A stretch of DNA of 64,000 nt from a bacterium. GTDB lineage: Bacteria; Zhuqueibacterota; Zhuqueibacteria; Residuimicrobiales; Krinioviventaceae. Numbering within the stretch: position 1 is the first letter of the stretch; every line of letters starts with the position of its first letter. Both the position numbers and the translations under genes were made by a program. Below the pieces are notes generated by a model. It worked only from the letters and a program-made list of their open reading frames with translations, did no database searches and was not told the origin of the DNA. The stretch is taken from contig OY843751.1 of the NCBI GenBank assembly GCA_963693055.1, positions 3,584,001-3,648,000 on the forward strand, read 5' to 3'. Below are positions 18,943 through 27,648 of the stretch, piece by piece.

Positions 18943-20373
18943 CTATTCAATCTGTCCGGGTACACTAAAATCTTTAGAGGCATCATCCAGCACCAGTACC
19001 CAATCATTACCTTCTGCCATTTCACCCGGAGGATCAAAGCTATGGCTTCCACGGTTATCCAGTTCGCCAATCAACTCGGCTTTACCATCACGGGGATTAT
19101 ACCACCATGCCTTTACTTTATCACCGGAAATTTTCCCAAGTGCTACATCAAAGGCACGTCCAGTATAGGTATAAAATACCGCATAACTATTACCGCGAGT
19201 TGCAATGACATAATCATATTTTTCACCGTTTTCACCGGCAACCAGTGACTGATCAGGAACACGATCAAAATACGGACGAGACAAGAACAAATTCTTAACG
19301 TACTGCATTTGTCCGGCACCGGGATCATTTATAGCTTCGTACCAGTATTCTTTTGCTCCATATGATGCTTTGGGGTATTCGGGCTTGTGCATCTGCATGA
19401 CCGAACTGTTTCCATATGAATGCCCGCAAGCGCCCGCGCAAACATCCCACCAGGCATAACGGCGTGCGTCTTTGGCTTCCCAAAATGGCTCATTGGGATC
19501 ATGAAGTCCCTGTGGTATGCCTTCATAAGAGGGTTCACCATCCAATGTGGGCTTGACAGGTTTTAAATCATAGTCATTTTTGACATAACGCCAGCTGTCT
19601 TCGCCCCAGGGATTGGAACCATCATCATTCTGGTCATATCTTCTGTGACCGGATTGAAACATGTTAAAATCAAGCCAGGATTCATTATGGAACCAGGTTG
19701 ACGAGTTTGCACGTCCAAACGGATGAAAAGTAACCAGATGGTTCGGATCTTTGGTTTTGAATATGGTTCCCATAGTATTCCATACATCCATACCGTCGGT
19801 GCCTTGAATATCTCCACCAGTAATCCAGATGATATTGGGTTTATCTTTGTAACGTTCTACAAGGAAATTGGCATAGGGTTCAATATTACTCATATTGATC
19901 TTGCCGGATTTGACAATACTGCCCCAGCTAGCAACCATACCAATGTAAATATCGTTTTCCGCTGCCTTGTCAACAATATAATCCACATGGTCCCAGTAAT
20001 CATAAGCTTTTGGATCTGCCGGGTCATTGCCCGGGGTTACATTGGGTTTTGAAGGATCTACATCAACAAAAGCACTGTCACCAAAAGTGTTAACCATGGG
20101 TAACCCGTGCAGCACCATGATCTGAATGACATTATATCCCTTTTCTTTGCGATTTGTGATAAATGTATCAGCTTCGGTACGGTCCAGTCTGCGAAAGGCC
20201 AGCCATCCGGTATCTCCCAACCAGAAAAACGGTTTGCCGTTTTCAAACTGCAAAAACCTTCCATTTTCTGAAACAACCAGATTTCCATTGTCCCAGGGTT
20301 TCATTTTGGTGGTTTGAGTACCGGAACACCCAACCAGCAATGCGAGGAACAACAACAAAAAGAGTTTTTTCAT
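18943..20373 (-). CDS. GH140 apiosidase (DUF4038 + collagen-binding-like C-terminal domain), lipoprotein
   Basis: Lipobox LVGC; GKPFFWLGDTGW, WITGGD, FNMFQSGH, DGEPSYEGIP and WWYNPRDG; BT1012-like. Confidence 0.88.
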   Translation of the reverse strand: MKKLFLLLFLALLVGCSGTQTTKMKPWDNGNLVVSENGRFLQFENGKPFFWLGDTGWLAFRRLDRTEADTFITNRKEKGYNVIQIMVLHGLPMVNTFGDSAFVDVDPSKPNVTPGNDPADPKAYDYWDHVDYIVDKAAENDIYIGMVASWGSIVKSGKINMSNIEPYANFLVERYKDKPNIIWITGGDIQGTDGMDVWNTMGTIFKTKDPNHLVTFHPFGRANSSTWFHNESWLDFNMFQSGHRRYDQNDDGSNPWGEDSWRYVKNDYDLKPVKPTLDGEPSYEGIPQGLHDPNEPFWEAKDARRYAWWDVCAGACGHSYGNSSVMQMHKPEYPKASYGAKEYWYEAINDPGAGQMQYVKNLFLSRPYFDRVPDQSLVAGENGEKYDYVIATRGNSYAVFYTYTGRAFDVALGKISGDKVKAWWYNPRDGKAELIGELDNRGSHSFDPPGEMAEGNDWVLVLDDASKDFSVPGQIE

Positions 20374-20415
20374 CCCTTTACTCCTGTTTTATATAAATCT
20401 TAATAATTCTCTACA

Positions 20416-22443
20416 CTAGCGATTAACCGGCAGCCATACCGACATATCGCCTTTGCCTCGGTTGCCCCAGGCAAAATAGGGTACCAGACAGATTTCCAAA
20501 TCATCCGGAGCATCATCAGAAATAGGCCGGTAAAGTTCATTCCATTCCGGTTCGTTTACAGATAATGCCTGACCTTCAAGGCATACAATGGTCTGCTCTT
20601 CTATTTTTTTGACATTAGGTACCAGTTCAACATCTTCTGGCAGCAGAATATCTGACACATTCACGCCCTTGGGCAGGTCTGCAGATTCCAGGCAATACAC
20701 AACCGGTCCGCGTTGCACGGCAACCTGATTGCGTGTTTCTTCAACCAGCGGATTTGCTTGCATGAGCATTGCAGGCATGGGAAAATCCAGTTCAATGCGG
20801 TCGCCCTTTTTCCACTGACGTGTGATCTCGGTATAACTGGAAGGTACCGTTTTTGTATCTACAGATTCACCATTGATCTGAAGCGCTGCTCCCGTTGACC
20901 ATCCCGGTATCCGCAGCATGATAGAAACAGGTCCGGTTGGCACTTTTTCAACAGAGATGTTAATTTTCCCGTCCCATGGATAATCTGTTTTCTGCACCAA
21001 TCGGATTTCTGATCCATTTTCTAATTCTGTATCTATTGTATTAGCTCCATATAAATGCACCCATACACCTTTTTCAGAGATGCTGTATGCATAGCTGTTA
21101 ACCTCTGCAACGGTTCTGACTACATTTGGCGGACAGCAAAAGCAGGATATATAAGGTTCACGTTCACGTGACCAGCGCAATTCAAAAGGAGTGCGATGAT
21201 CTACCCGCAAAGGATTGGTATAAAAATAACCTTTTCCATCCAGGCTGATGCTGGACAATACACTGTTGTAAAGTGCAAGTTCAAGCACATCTGCAAATCG
21301 TGCCTCGGCAGTGGCGTTCAGCATTCTCCAATTCCATAACACATTACCAATATTGGCGCACGACTCATTATGTGCGGTTTCGTTATGAAGTTGAAATTCT
21401 CTACCATATGCCTGATGCACCTGTTGAATCTCGGGGGGACTGTATGATGTACCATCCGGTGAGACACCATCATAAAGCGCACCACAGCCACCGGTAATAT
21501 ACATCTTTGTGTTGACCATATCGTGCCAGATCAAGTCCAGCGTTTTTAACAGGGTCTCATCTCCGGTTTCCGCATAAACATCCGCAACACCGGCATATAG
21601 ATAATTTGCACGCACCGCGTGCCCCTGAGCTTTTGTCTGTTGCCTGAACGGTACACGGTCCTGATTGTGATCGGTACCGTTTTCAACATACTTGCGGATC
21701 TCTATCAGGCTTTCTGCCAACTCTAAATATCTCGGTTCTTTTGTGGTGCGGTACATTTCAACAACACCCATATAATGAGAGGGACAAATGGCGTTTCTGG
21801 CAAGTTCGGGGGTTGAATTTTTATAAAAATCGTATAGGAAATCCGTAGCACGGATAGCAATTTCTAACAGACTCTTTTTTCCGGTTACACGATAATGAAC
21901 ACATGCGGCGGTCATGAGATGCCCCATGTTATAGGTTTCGAAATGCAGCCGGTCAGCAAATTCGTTTACCTCGGTTTGATGATAGCGTTGCTGAATGATT
22001 ACCGGTGTATGGATATATCCATCCTCACGTTGGCATTTGGCGATAACAGGAATGAGTTCATCCATCAATCTTTCAATTTCTTTATCACCCGTTATAGCAT
22101 AAACCGTAACAGCCGCTTCAAACCATTTGTAAAAATCACCATCATGCCACGATGGCCCATCGTGTTCACCGGTATGGATTCCGGCAGCAATTAGAAAATT
22201 CTCCCAATTGTGGCTAATATCCACATCTTTGAGAATGTCCCACATGTGCGGTACCATAACATCACTGCAAACCTGAAAACGTTCAGCCCAAAATCCATCG
22301 GTCCAGGTAACATCATCCAGATCAACATTTTTCAGTTTAACATTGGGACTGTTTTCCGTATTCAGTAATCCATTACTTCCCGCCCAGAGCTGGAACGAGA
22401 GAACACATAATATATATACGATTATTTTTTTCATGTATTTCAA
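20416..22443 (-). CDS. GH127 aceric acid hydrolase (BT1003-like)
   Basis: DGDFYKW, HFETYNMGH, RNAICPSHYMG, GHAVRANY, HQAYG..NESC and CFCCPPN; Gln at the usual acid/base Glu position. Confidence 0.87.
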   Translation of the reverse strand: MKYMKKIIVYILCVLSFQLWAGSNGLLNTENSPNVKLKNVDLDDVTWTDGFWAERFQVCSDVMVPHMWDILKDVDISHNWENFLIAAGIHTGEHDGPSWHDGDFYKWFEAAVTVYAITGDKEIERLMDELIPVIAKCQREDGYIHTPVIIQQRYHQTEVNEFADRLHFETYNMGHLMTAACVHYRVTGKKSLLEIAIRATDFLYDFYKNSTPELARNAICPSHYMGVVEMYRTTKEPRYLELAESLIEIRKYVENGTDHNQDRVPFRQQTKAQGHAVRANYLYAGVADVYAETGDETLLKTLDLIWHDMVNTKMYITGGCGALYDGVSPDGTSYSPPEIQQVHQAYGREFQLHNETAHNESCANIGNVLWNWRMLNATAEARFADVLELALYNSVLSSISLDGKGYFYTNPLRVDHRTPFELRWSREREPYISCFCCPPNVVRTVAEVNSYAYSISEKGVWVHLYGANTIDTELENGSEIRLVQKTDYPWDGKINISVEKVPTGPVSIMLRIPGWSTGAALQINGESVDTKTVPSSYTEITRQWKKGDRIELDFPMPAMLMQANPLVEETRNQVAVQRGPVVYCLESADLPKGVNVSDILLPEDVELVPNVKKIEEQTIVCLEGQALSVNEPEWNELYRPISDDAPDDLEICLVPYFAWGNRGKGDMSVWLPVNR

Positions 22444-22460
22444 ACCTCCGATTTAAAAAA

Positions 22461-24038
22461 TTATTCCTGAATACGGGTGAGTCGCAGTGCCATATAAGGC
22501 TTTTTCGGGAATTTAATTACCGAATGGTCTTTATCAATATAATTATAGCGGTTCAGCATTTCAACTGTATAAACTTTATTTATGGGAGTAATGGTCATAT
22601 TCCATGTATCTATCAATTCGGCTTTGAATTTCATGCCATTTTCAAGACCTTCATCCGGCAGCTTGAATTCCCATTCTTCCGGTGTGTGTTCTGCAAAATA
22701 GTAGAGATAATATTCACCATATTTACCAGCCGCATTCAGCAGATAATAGTGGTCTAATGGTTGTAGACCTTCCTGCGGACCAGACTCTACAATTTCACGC
22801 AAAAACCCAATGCGTTCTGCACTGGTTCCGCGCAACACACCACCTTCGGAAATCCAGTCGATCTTGGATTCATGCTCAATAGCCTCACCATGTGTGGCAT
22901 AAGAACCTCCGATATAGGCGATCCAGAAACGACGGGTCATTTCCTCACCGGAAAGCTGTCCCCATCGGCTGGCAATATTGCCTTCGTAATTGATCTCGTC
23001 ATTCACCAGCGGTTTTCCGTAAATATCACGGACTACCATACATACACCAAAATTACGTACTACATTATAATACTGCAAGCTGACATGGGTAACCCAGGGT
23101 TTGGTATAATCGTACAAATCACCGGCATTATGGATAGAACGGAGATGATGATACGGGTCCTTGTCTCTAACAACCTTAAAATAGTGGTCCCAATCTTCCG
23201 CAGTTAAATGCCGGATAAAGCTATTCTCGTTTGCCAGACTCCACCAGACATTACTGTACGCTCCCAATCTGGCGATAACATAACGCAGATACCGGTCATT
23301 GGTCTCGCGATCCATTGTATCGAATCCAAACTTTCCATTATCATAAGGTCTGAACAGGATCACATCCGCTTCAATACCCAATTCTCGCAGGCGTTCTACA
23401 TTCTTTTCAAACGCTTTAAAAAATGTGGTATTAAACCGAGAGAAATCCCATTTATTTTCCGGTTCTCCTTCAAAGGGAAACTCTTTGATTGCTCGGGGAC
23501 CCTCTACATAATCCTCAGTATAATTGGGTAATACCAGGAAGCGTACCTTGTTAAAGGGAGAATTCTTTAACGTTTCAAGGGTCTGGTTTTGCAGTTCAGG
23601 GGATTCAAAACACCACTGGTAGCAGGTGGTGCCGAAGGGAAAGTACGGTTTGCCATCCGCATAAGCAAAATGATACTTGTTCCGCACAACAACGGGACCA
23701 TGACTATCTGATTTGGGGGCAATACAGGTAAACTCTCCTGTCAGACCATCCAGTTCTTTTTTATTACTGTGGGTCTTGAATGTCCATTCCCCTTCCAGAT
23801 CAGGCATGAATCGTATTTTAAAAATGCCTTCTCCATCGTAAAAACCTTCCGGCTCATATACAGCATGGGTAGAATCACTGTGATGGAATTCAGCGCTTAA
23901 GGTAATACCGACAAAGGGATTGCCATAATCAGGACCGTTAAATTCCGCTTCATAAATATCCCATTTTTCTACTTTTTGTTGCTGTGCAAAAATTATGGTT
24001 GTGAATAGTAAAATCATCAATACCAGACTCTTTTTCAT
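22461..24038 (-). CDS. DUF5060-DUF4038-DUF5605 apiosidase-like glycoside hydrolase
   Basis: VEKWDIYE, GFYDGEG..KIRFMP, YADGKPYFPFGTTCY, WWSLANE, DEINYEGNI and IDTWNMTI. Confidence 0.78.
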   Translation of the reverse strand: MKKSLVLMILLFTTIIFAQQQKVEKWDIYEAEFNGPDYGNPFVGITLSAEFHHSDSTHAVYEPEGFYDGEGIFKIRFMPDLEGEWTFKTHSNKKELDGLTGEFTCIAPKSDSHGPVVVRNKYHFAYADGKPYFPFGTTCYQWCFESPELQNQTLETLKNSPFNKVRFLVLPNYTEDYVEGPRAIKEFPFEGEPENKWDFSRFNTTFFKAFEKNVERLRELGIEADVILFRPYDNGKFGFDTMDRETNDRYLRYVIARLGAYSNVWWSLANENSFIRHLTAEDWDHYFKVVRDKDPYHHLRSIHNAGDLYDYTKPWVTHVSLQYYNVVRNFGVCMVVRDIYGKPLVNDEINYEGNIASRWGQLSGEEMTRRFWIAYIGGSYATHGEAIEHESKIDWISEGGVLRGTSAERIGFLREIVESGPQEGLQPLDHYYLLNAAGKYGEYYLYYFAEHTPEEWEFKLPDEGLENGMKFKAELIDTWNMTITPINKVYTVEMLNRYNYIDKDHSVIKFPKKPYMALRLTRIQE

Positions 24039-24805
24039 TCTAAATCTCCGGGATCAGTAGTTACCAGCCATTTGGCAAGTGATAAATTTTGTTTATTAAT
24101 ATCTTTTGCAAACAGACCTGCCATTTCTATAGCGCCATATTCGCAAAAATGTGTATCATCCTGTTTTCCATCCGGACAGCAGGGAAACGCATCCGGGCCA
24201 AACCATAAAAACAGTTCTTTTGAACCTTCGGGACCTTTGGACACAATTATTTCTTTACTCAAAACGTGCATATCTACCAGAGGAACTTGCTGCTCTTTTG
24301 CGGTCAGACGTACCGCATCCGGATACTTTCCATGCGTATCAAAGAATTTACCTTCCTCATCAAAACGTCTGCGCATAATAGGCGTACATAGTATAGGTTT
24401 CGCTCCCTTTTCTCTGCTCTTTGCTATAAACATTTCCAAATTGGCTTTATAGGTGCCAAAAGGTGTTGTATAGCGTGTGGAATCATAATCTTTTTCATCA
24501 TTGTGGCCAAACTGGATGATCAAATAATCACCCGCTTTTATCGAATCCAATACAACTTGCCAGCGTCCTTCATCAATAAAACTTTTAGAGCTTCTTCCAT
24601 TTCTCGAATGGTTATCAATAGTCGCGTATTCATTAAAATATCGCGGCAGTAACTGTCCCCATCCACGTTCAGGATTACCGGTATCCAGGGGTTTGTCTGC
24701 CATGGTAGAATCGCCAATCATGTAAATGGTTACTGGTTTGTTGGTATCACAGGAAAAGATAACCATGCTGAAAATCATCAGTAAAAAAAGAATGTGATTT
24801 TTCAT
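24035..24805 (-). CDS. Rhamnogalacturonan acetylesterase (CE12, SGNH), lipoprotein
   Basis: GDSTM, GWGQ, NGRSSKSF, QFGHND and DDTHF catalytic blocks; lipobox IFSC. Confidence 0.92.
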   Translation of the reverse strand: MKNHILFLLMIFSMVIFSCDTNKPVTIYMIGDSTMADKPLDTGNPERGWGQLLPRYFNEYATIDNHSRNGRSSKSFIDEGRWQVVLDSIKAGDYLIIQFGHNDEKDYDSTRYTTPFGTYKANLEMFIAKSREKGAKPILCTPIMRRRFDEEGKFFDTHGKYPDAVRLTAKEQQVPLVDMHVLSKEIIVSKGPEGSKELFLWFGPDAFPCCPDGKQDDTHFCEYGAIEMAGLFAKDINKQNLSLAKWLVTTDPGDLE

Positions 24806-24875
24806 AACAATACCTTAATTAATACACATTTTGGATGAAATCATATTATCAAAATTAAATAATCATACTATACAC

Positions 24876-27584
24876 TTAATGGGATACAATTCGTTTAGCG
24901 TCACGCTTTAATACTTTGCGGTCCATAGGAACAGCACCTAAAATAATATAGCTTCCCTTGCCTATCATTTCCACATCATACACACCCGTTTCATATTCAA
25001 AATTATGTAAATCGAGAGCCGGCAGTTCTGATATAATAGCGGCATTTCTTACGCGTGGAGCAAAGCCGCCACGTTCATTAGCGCGGGCTTCAAAATCCGG
25101 ATTAGGGACCTGCAGCCATTGAGAGTCTTTGTTCTTGAAATAACCTACCAGTAATCGTAATGGCTCATTCACTTTTATACGAAAGGTCATAACATCATTT
25201 TGGGCCTGTTTGTTGGAAAACCGGATTCCTTTTAATCCAATAAACTCGGGAGCAATGTCTTGAATTTCAAAATCCTCATCTGTAAACACCCTGGCGCCCA
25301 TTTCTACAGTATAGTACTCGCCATTGTCAGACAATAACTCGTAATCCGCATTAGGATAGGGTTCCATATCCTTGTCCGCAAATCGCAGATTCGGATCGAC
25401 CTTGCCGGATTCCAGATCAGACACATATTGTTTAAATCCTGCAAGTTCTTCTTCGTACAAGGGCAGCACCTGGGTCCAATGATAATTGTAAGGAGTACCG
25501 TCAACCTCTCCGGGAAATGGAATACGACGATGATAGGTCAACATGCTTTGGGCCATACTATAGGTATCCCGGGTTCTTTCGGTCAATTCTCTAAAATAAT
25601 CCAAACTCTTGACCAGATTCGTCTCTGCGGATTTTAAATCATGAATGTCGTTTGAGAAATCATATCGCAACACATCCATTGCTGCTTTTACTTTGTAATA
25701 AAAATTCCAGGAAAGCAATTGAATGCAAATGATATCATTTTTATACCGCTCAAACTCGTCTTTATTTCGGGTGACATATTTTTCAGCCTGTTGGATTGAT
25801 TGCATTGCCCTGTCTGCAAATTCCACTGCACCATGTATCACCGAAGGCGGTGTTTCGCCAACATGCGGTTGCTCGTTCCACTCTTTTTCAGCATATTCCT
25901 GCAAGCGTTCTCCGGGAGGTGCCTGAGAAAGCCATAAATCCGGAAACGGGCTATACGGTTCAGGATTCGCCAACTGGTCCAATGTCATACCCAGGGAAAA
26001 GGTTTGTCGATTTCCCTCGGTAATTCCAAACCGTCGCAGCAGCATAGGCGCACATTCACCGGCATCATTCAAAGCATCCAGTATATTAACTGCGGCTTGT
26101 TCACTACCAAATTTTTCTGCAAGACGTGCAATCCAATACGCTTTTTCTCCTGCTTCATCCCGCCAGGGGTTCCAGGCATAACGGGCCCAAGCCTCGTACC
26201 ACATCCAGTCCCGTTCATATTGCAGTAATTGGGGTTCTACCTTGTCCCCGGCGTAAGGCCAGTTCCAGTAAAATAATGGATAGAGATGCAAGCCCTGAGC
26301 TTCCAACCGTTCTTCCATAGCTTGTACGCTTTTTTGAATAAAACGCTGCGCTCCATAACGAAACGGTTCCAGGTTTGCCAATATATGCACATTCACAACA
26401 TGCTGCGATCCTAACCGGCTCATATCCAAATGGACCTGCCGCCAGGGACCGCGAGGTTCGGTGGTGGTCAGCGATTCACCATTATATTTTGCCATGGTAT
26501 AGAGATTTTTATATAGTGGTAATGCAGCTTCCATAATCGCTTTGGGATCTGTAGCATGCGCGCGCAATACAATGGGAGGTTCCTCTGTTTTCCCCAAAGC
26601 GTTTAATCCATCCTTCACTCCGGGGATAATTACCTTGGTAAACCATTCAACCTGATTTTCGGTACCGCGCAGTGCTTCACCTAAACAAACCAGTAATCCG
26701 ACATTGGGATATTTTTCCACAAACGCGGCAATGGATTTACGATTATAATCAGATACCAACGGACTGGGCTCTCTGTGCTGGGTATCAATATTGTGTTTTT
26801 CCGCAAAGGGTTGTGATACAAAAATATTATAAAACATTTGAATAATCCAGATACCGCGCTTGTCCGCTTCGGTTGTGATGTATTCAAACATTTCCACATT
26901 TTTTTCAAAAATCGCATCAGATACTTCAATAGCGTAAGGATACGCTTTTAATTTCACCAATGACGCAAAGGGATGTCCGTTCCACAAATAAAGTGTATTC
27001 AGTCGGTTTTCCACCATCAAATCCAGATACTCTTTCCAAAAGGATTTATCATAGAAAAACGGAAAATTCTCGGGAGTATAGGGATATTCATACATTTTGC
27101 GATCAGGCAAGATCTTGGGTTTTTGCATACCAATCACAGTACCGCGAAGCACCATGCTAGGCTGGTCTGTTACATCCAGATCGATTGGCAACGCCCCTGC
27201 GGTTTGAATACGGTTTGCCAACTCGAGGCAACCATACAACACACCTGAGGGATCCGCACCGATCACATAAATTCTATCTTTATCGGATTTGAGTACAAAT
27301 CCTTCCTTGTCGATCTCAATTTGTGAGAATGCATCATTTCCATCTGGTAAATCCGAATTATTTCGTGTACCAATAATAATGATTTTATCTTTGAACGACT
27401 GGTTACCCGTGCGGGTAACATTTGATTCAAAACCCAGTGTTTGCAAAACGGTTGTAATTTTCTCAATTCCAAAAGCAATCCGGGGTACATGTTTTTGGGG
27501 AGATACTATTGTTACAGATTCTGCTGAATAGCTGATTGAAACAGCCAATAGCAAAATCAACAATATTTTGGATTTATAAAACAT
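24876..27584 (-). CDS. GH138-like alpha-D-galacturonidase (BT0997-like)
   Basis: YEYPYTPENFPFFYDK, NTLYLWNGHPF, VCLGEAL, LRAHATD, NVHILANLEPFRY and FGITEGNRQT. Confidence 0.8.
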   Translation of the reverse strand: MFYKSKILLILLLAVSISYSAESVTIVSPQKHVPRIAFGIEKITTVLQTLGFESNVTRTGNQSFKDKIIIIGTRNNSDLPDGNDAFSQIEIDKEGFVLKSDKDRIYVIGADPSGVLYGCLELANRIQTAGALPIDLDVTDQPSMVLRGTVIGMQKPKILPDRKMYEYPYTPENFPFFYDKSFWKEYLDLMVENRLNTLYLWNGHPFASLVKLKAYPYAIEVSDAIFEKNVEMFEYITTEADKRGIWIIQMFYNIFVSQPFAEKHNIDTQHREPSPLVSDYNRKSIAAFVEKYPNVGLLVCLGEALRGTENQVEWFTKVIIPGVKDGLNALGKTEEPPIVLRAHATDPKAIMEAALPLYKNLYTMAKYNGESLTTTEPRGPWRQVHLDMSRLGSQHVVNVHILANLEPFRYGAQRFIQKSVQAMEERLEAQGLHLYPLFYWNWPYAGDKVEPQLLQYERDWMWYEAWARYAWNPWRDEAGEKAYWIARLAEKFGSEQAAVNILDALNDAGECAPMLLRRFGITEGNRQTFSLGMTLDQLANPEPYSPFPDLWLSQAPPGERLQEYAEKEWNEQPHVGETPPSVIHGAVEFADRAMQSIQQAEKYVTRNKDEFERYKNDIICIQLLSWNFYYKVKAAMDVLRYDFSNDIHDLKSAETNLVKSLDYFRELTERTRDTYSMAQSMLTYHRRIPFPGEVDGTPYNYHWTQVLPLYEEELAGFKQYVSDLESGKVDPNLRFADKDMEPYPNADYELLSDNGEYYTVEMGARVFTDEDFEIQDIAPEFIGLKGIRFSNKQAQNDVMTFRIKVNEPLRLLVGYFKNKDSQWLQVPNPDFEARANERGGFAPRVRNAAIISELPALDLHNFEYETGVYDVEMIGKGSYIILGAVPMDRKVLKRDAKRIVSH

Positions 27585-27648
27585 AAAACCTCAACTCCTT
27601 AAACATACGCTAAAATCATTATACTGAAAATCATTTATTACTCTGCAC

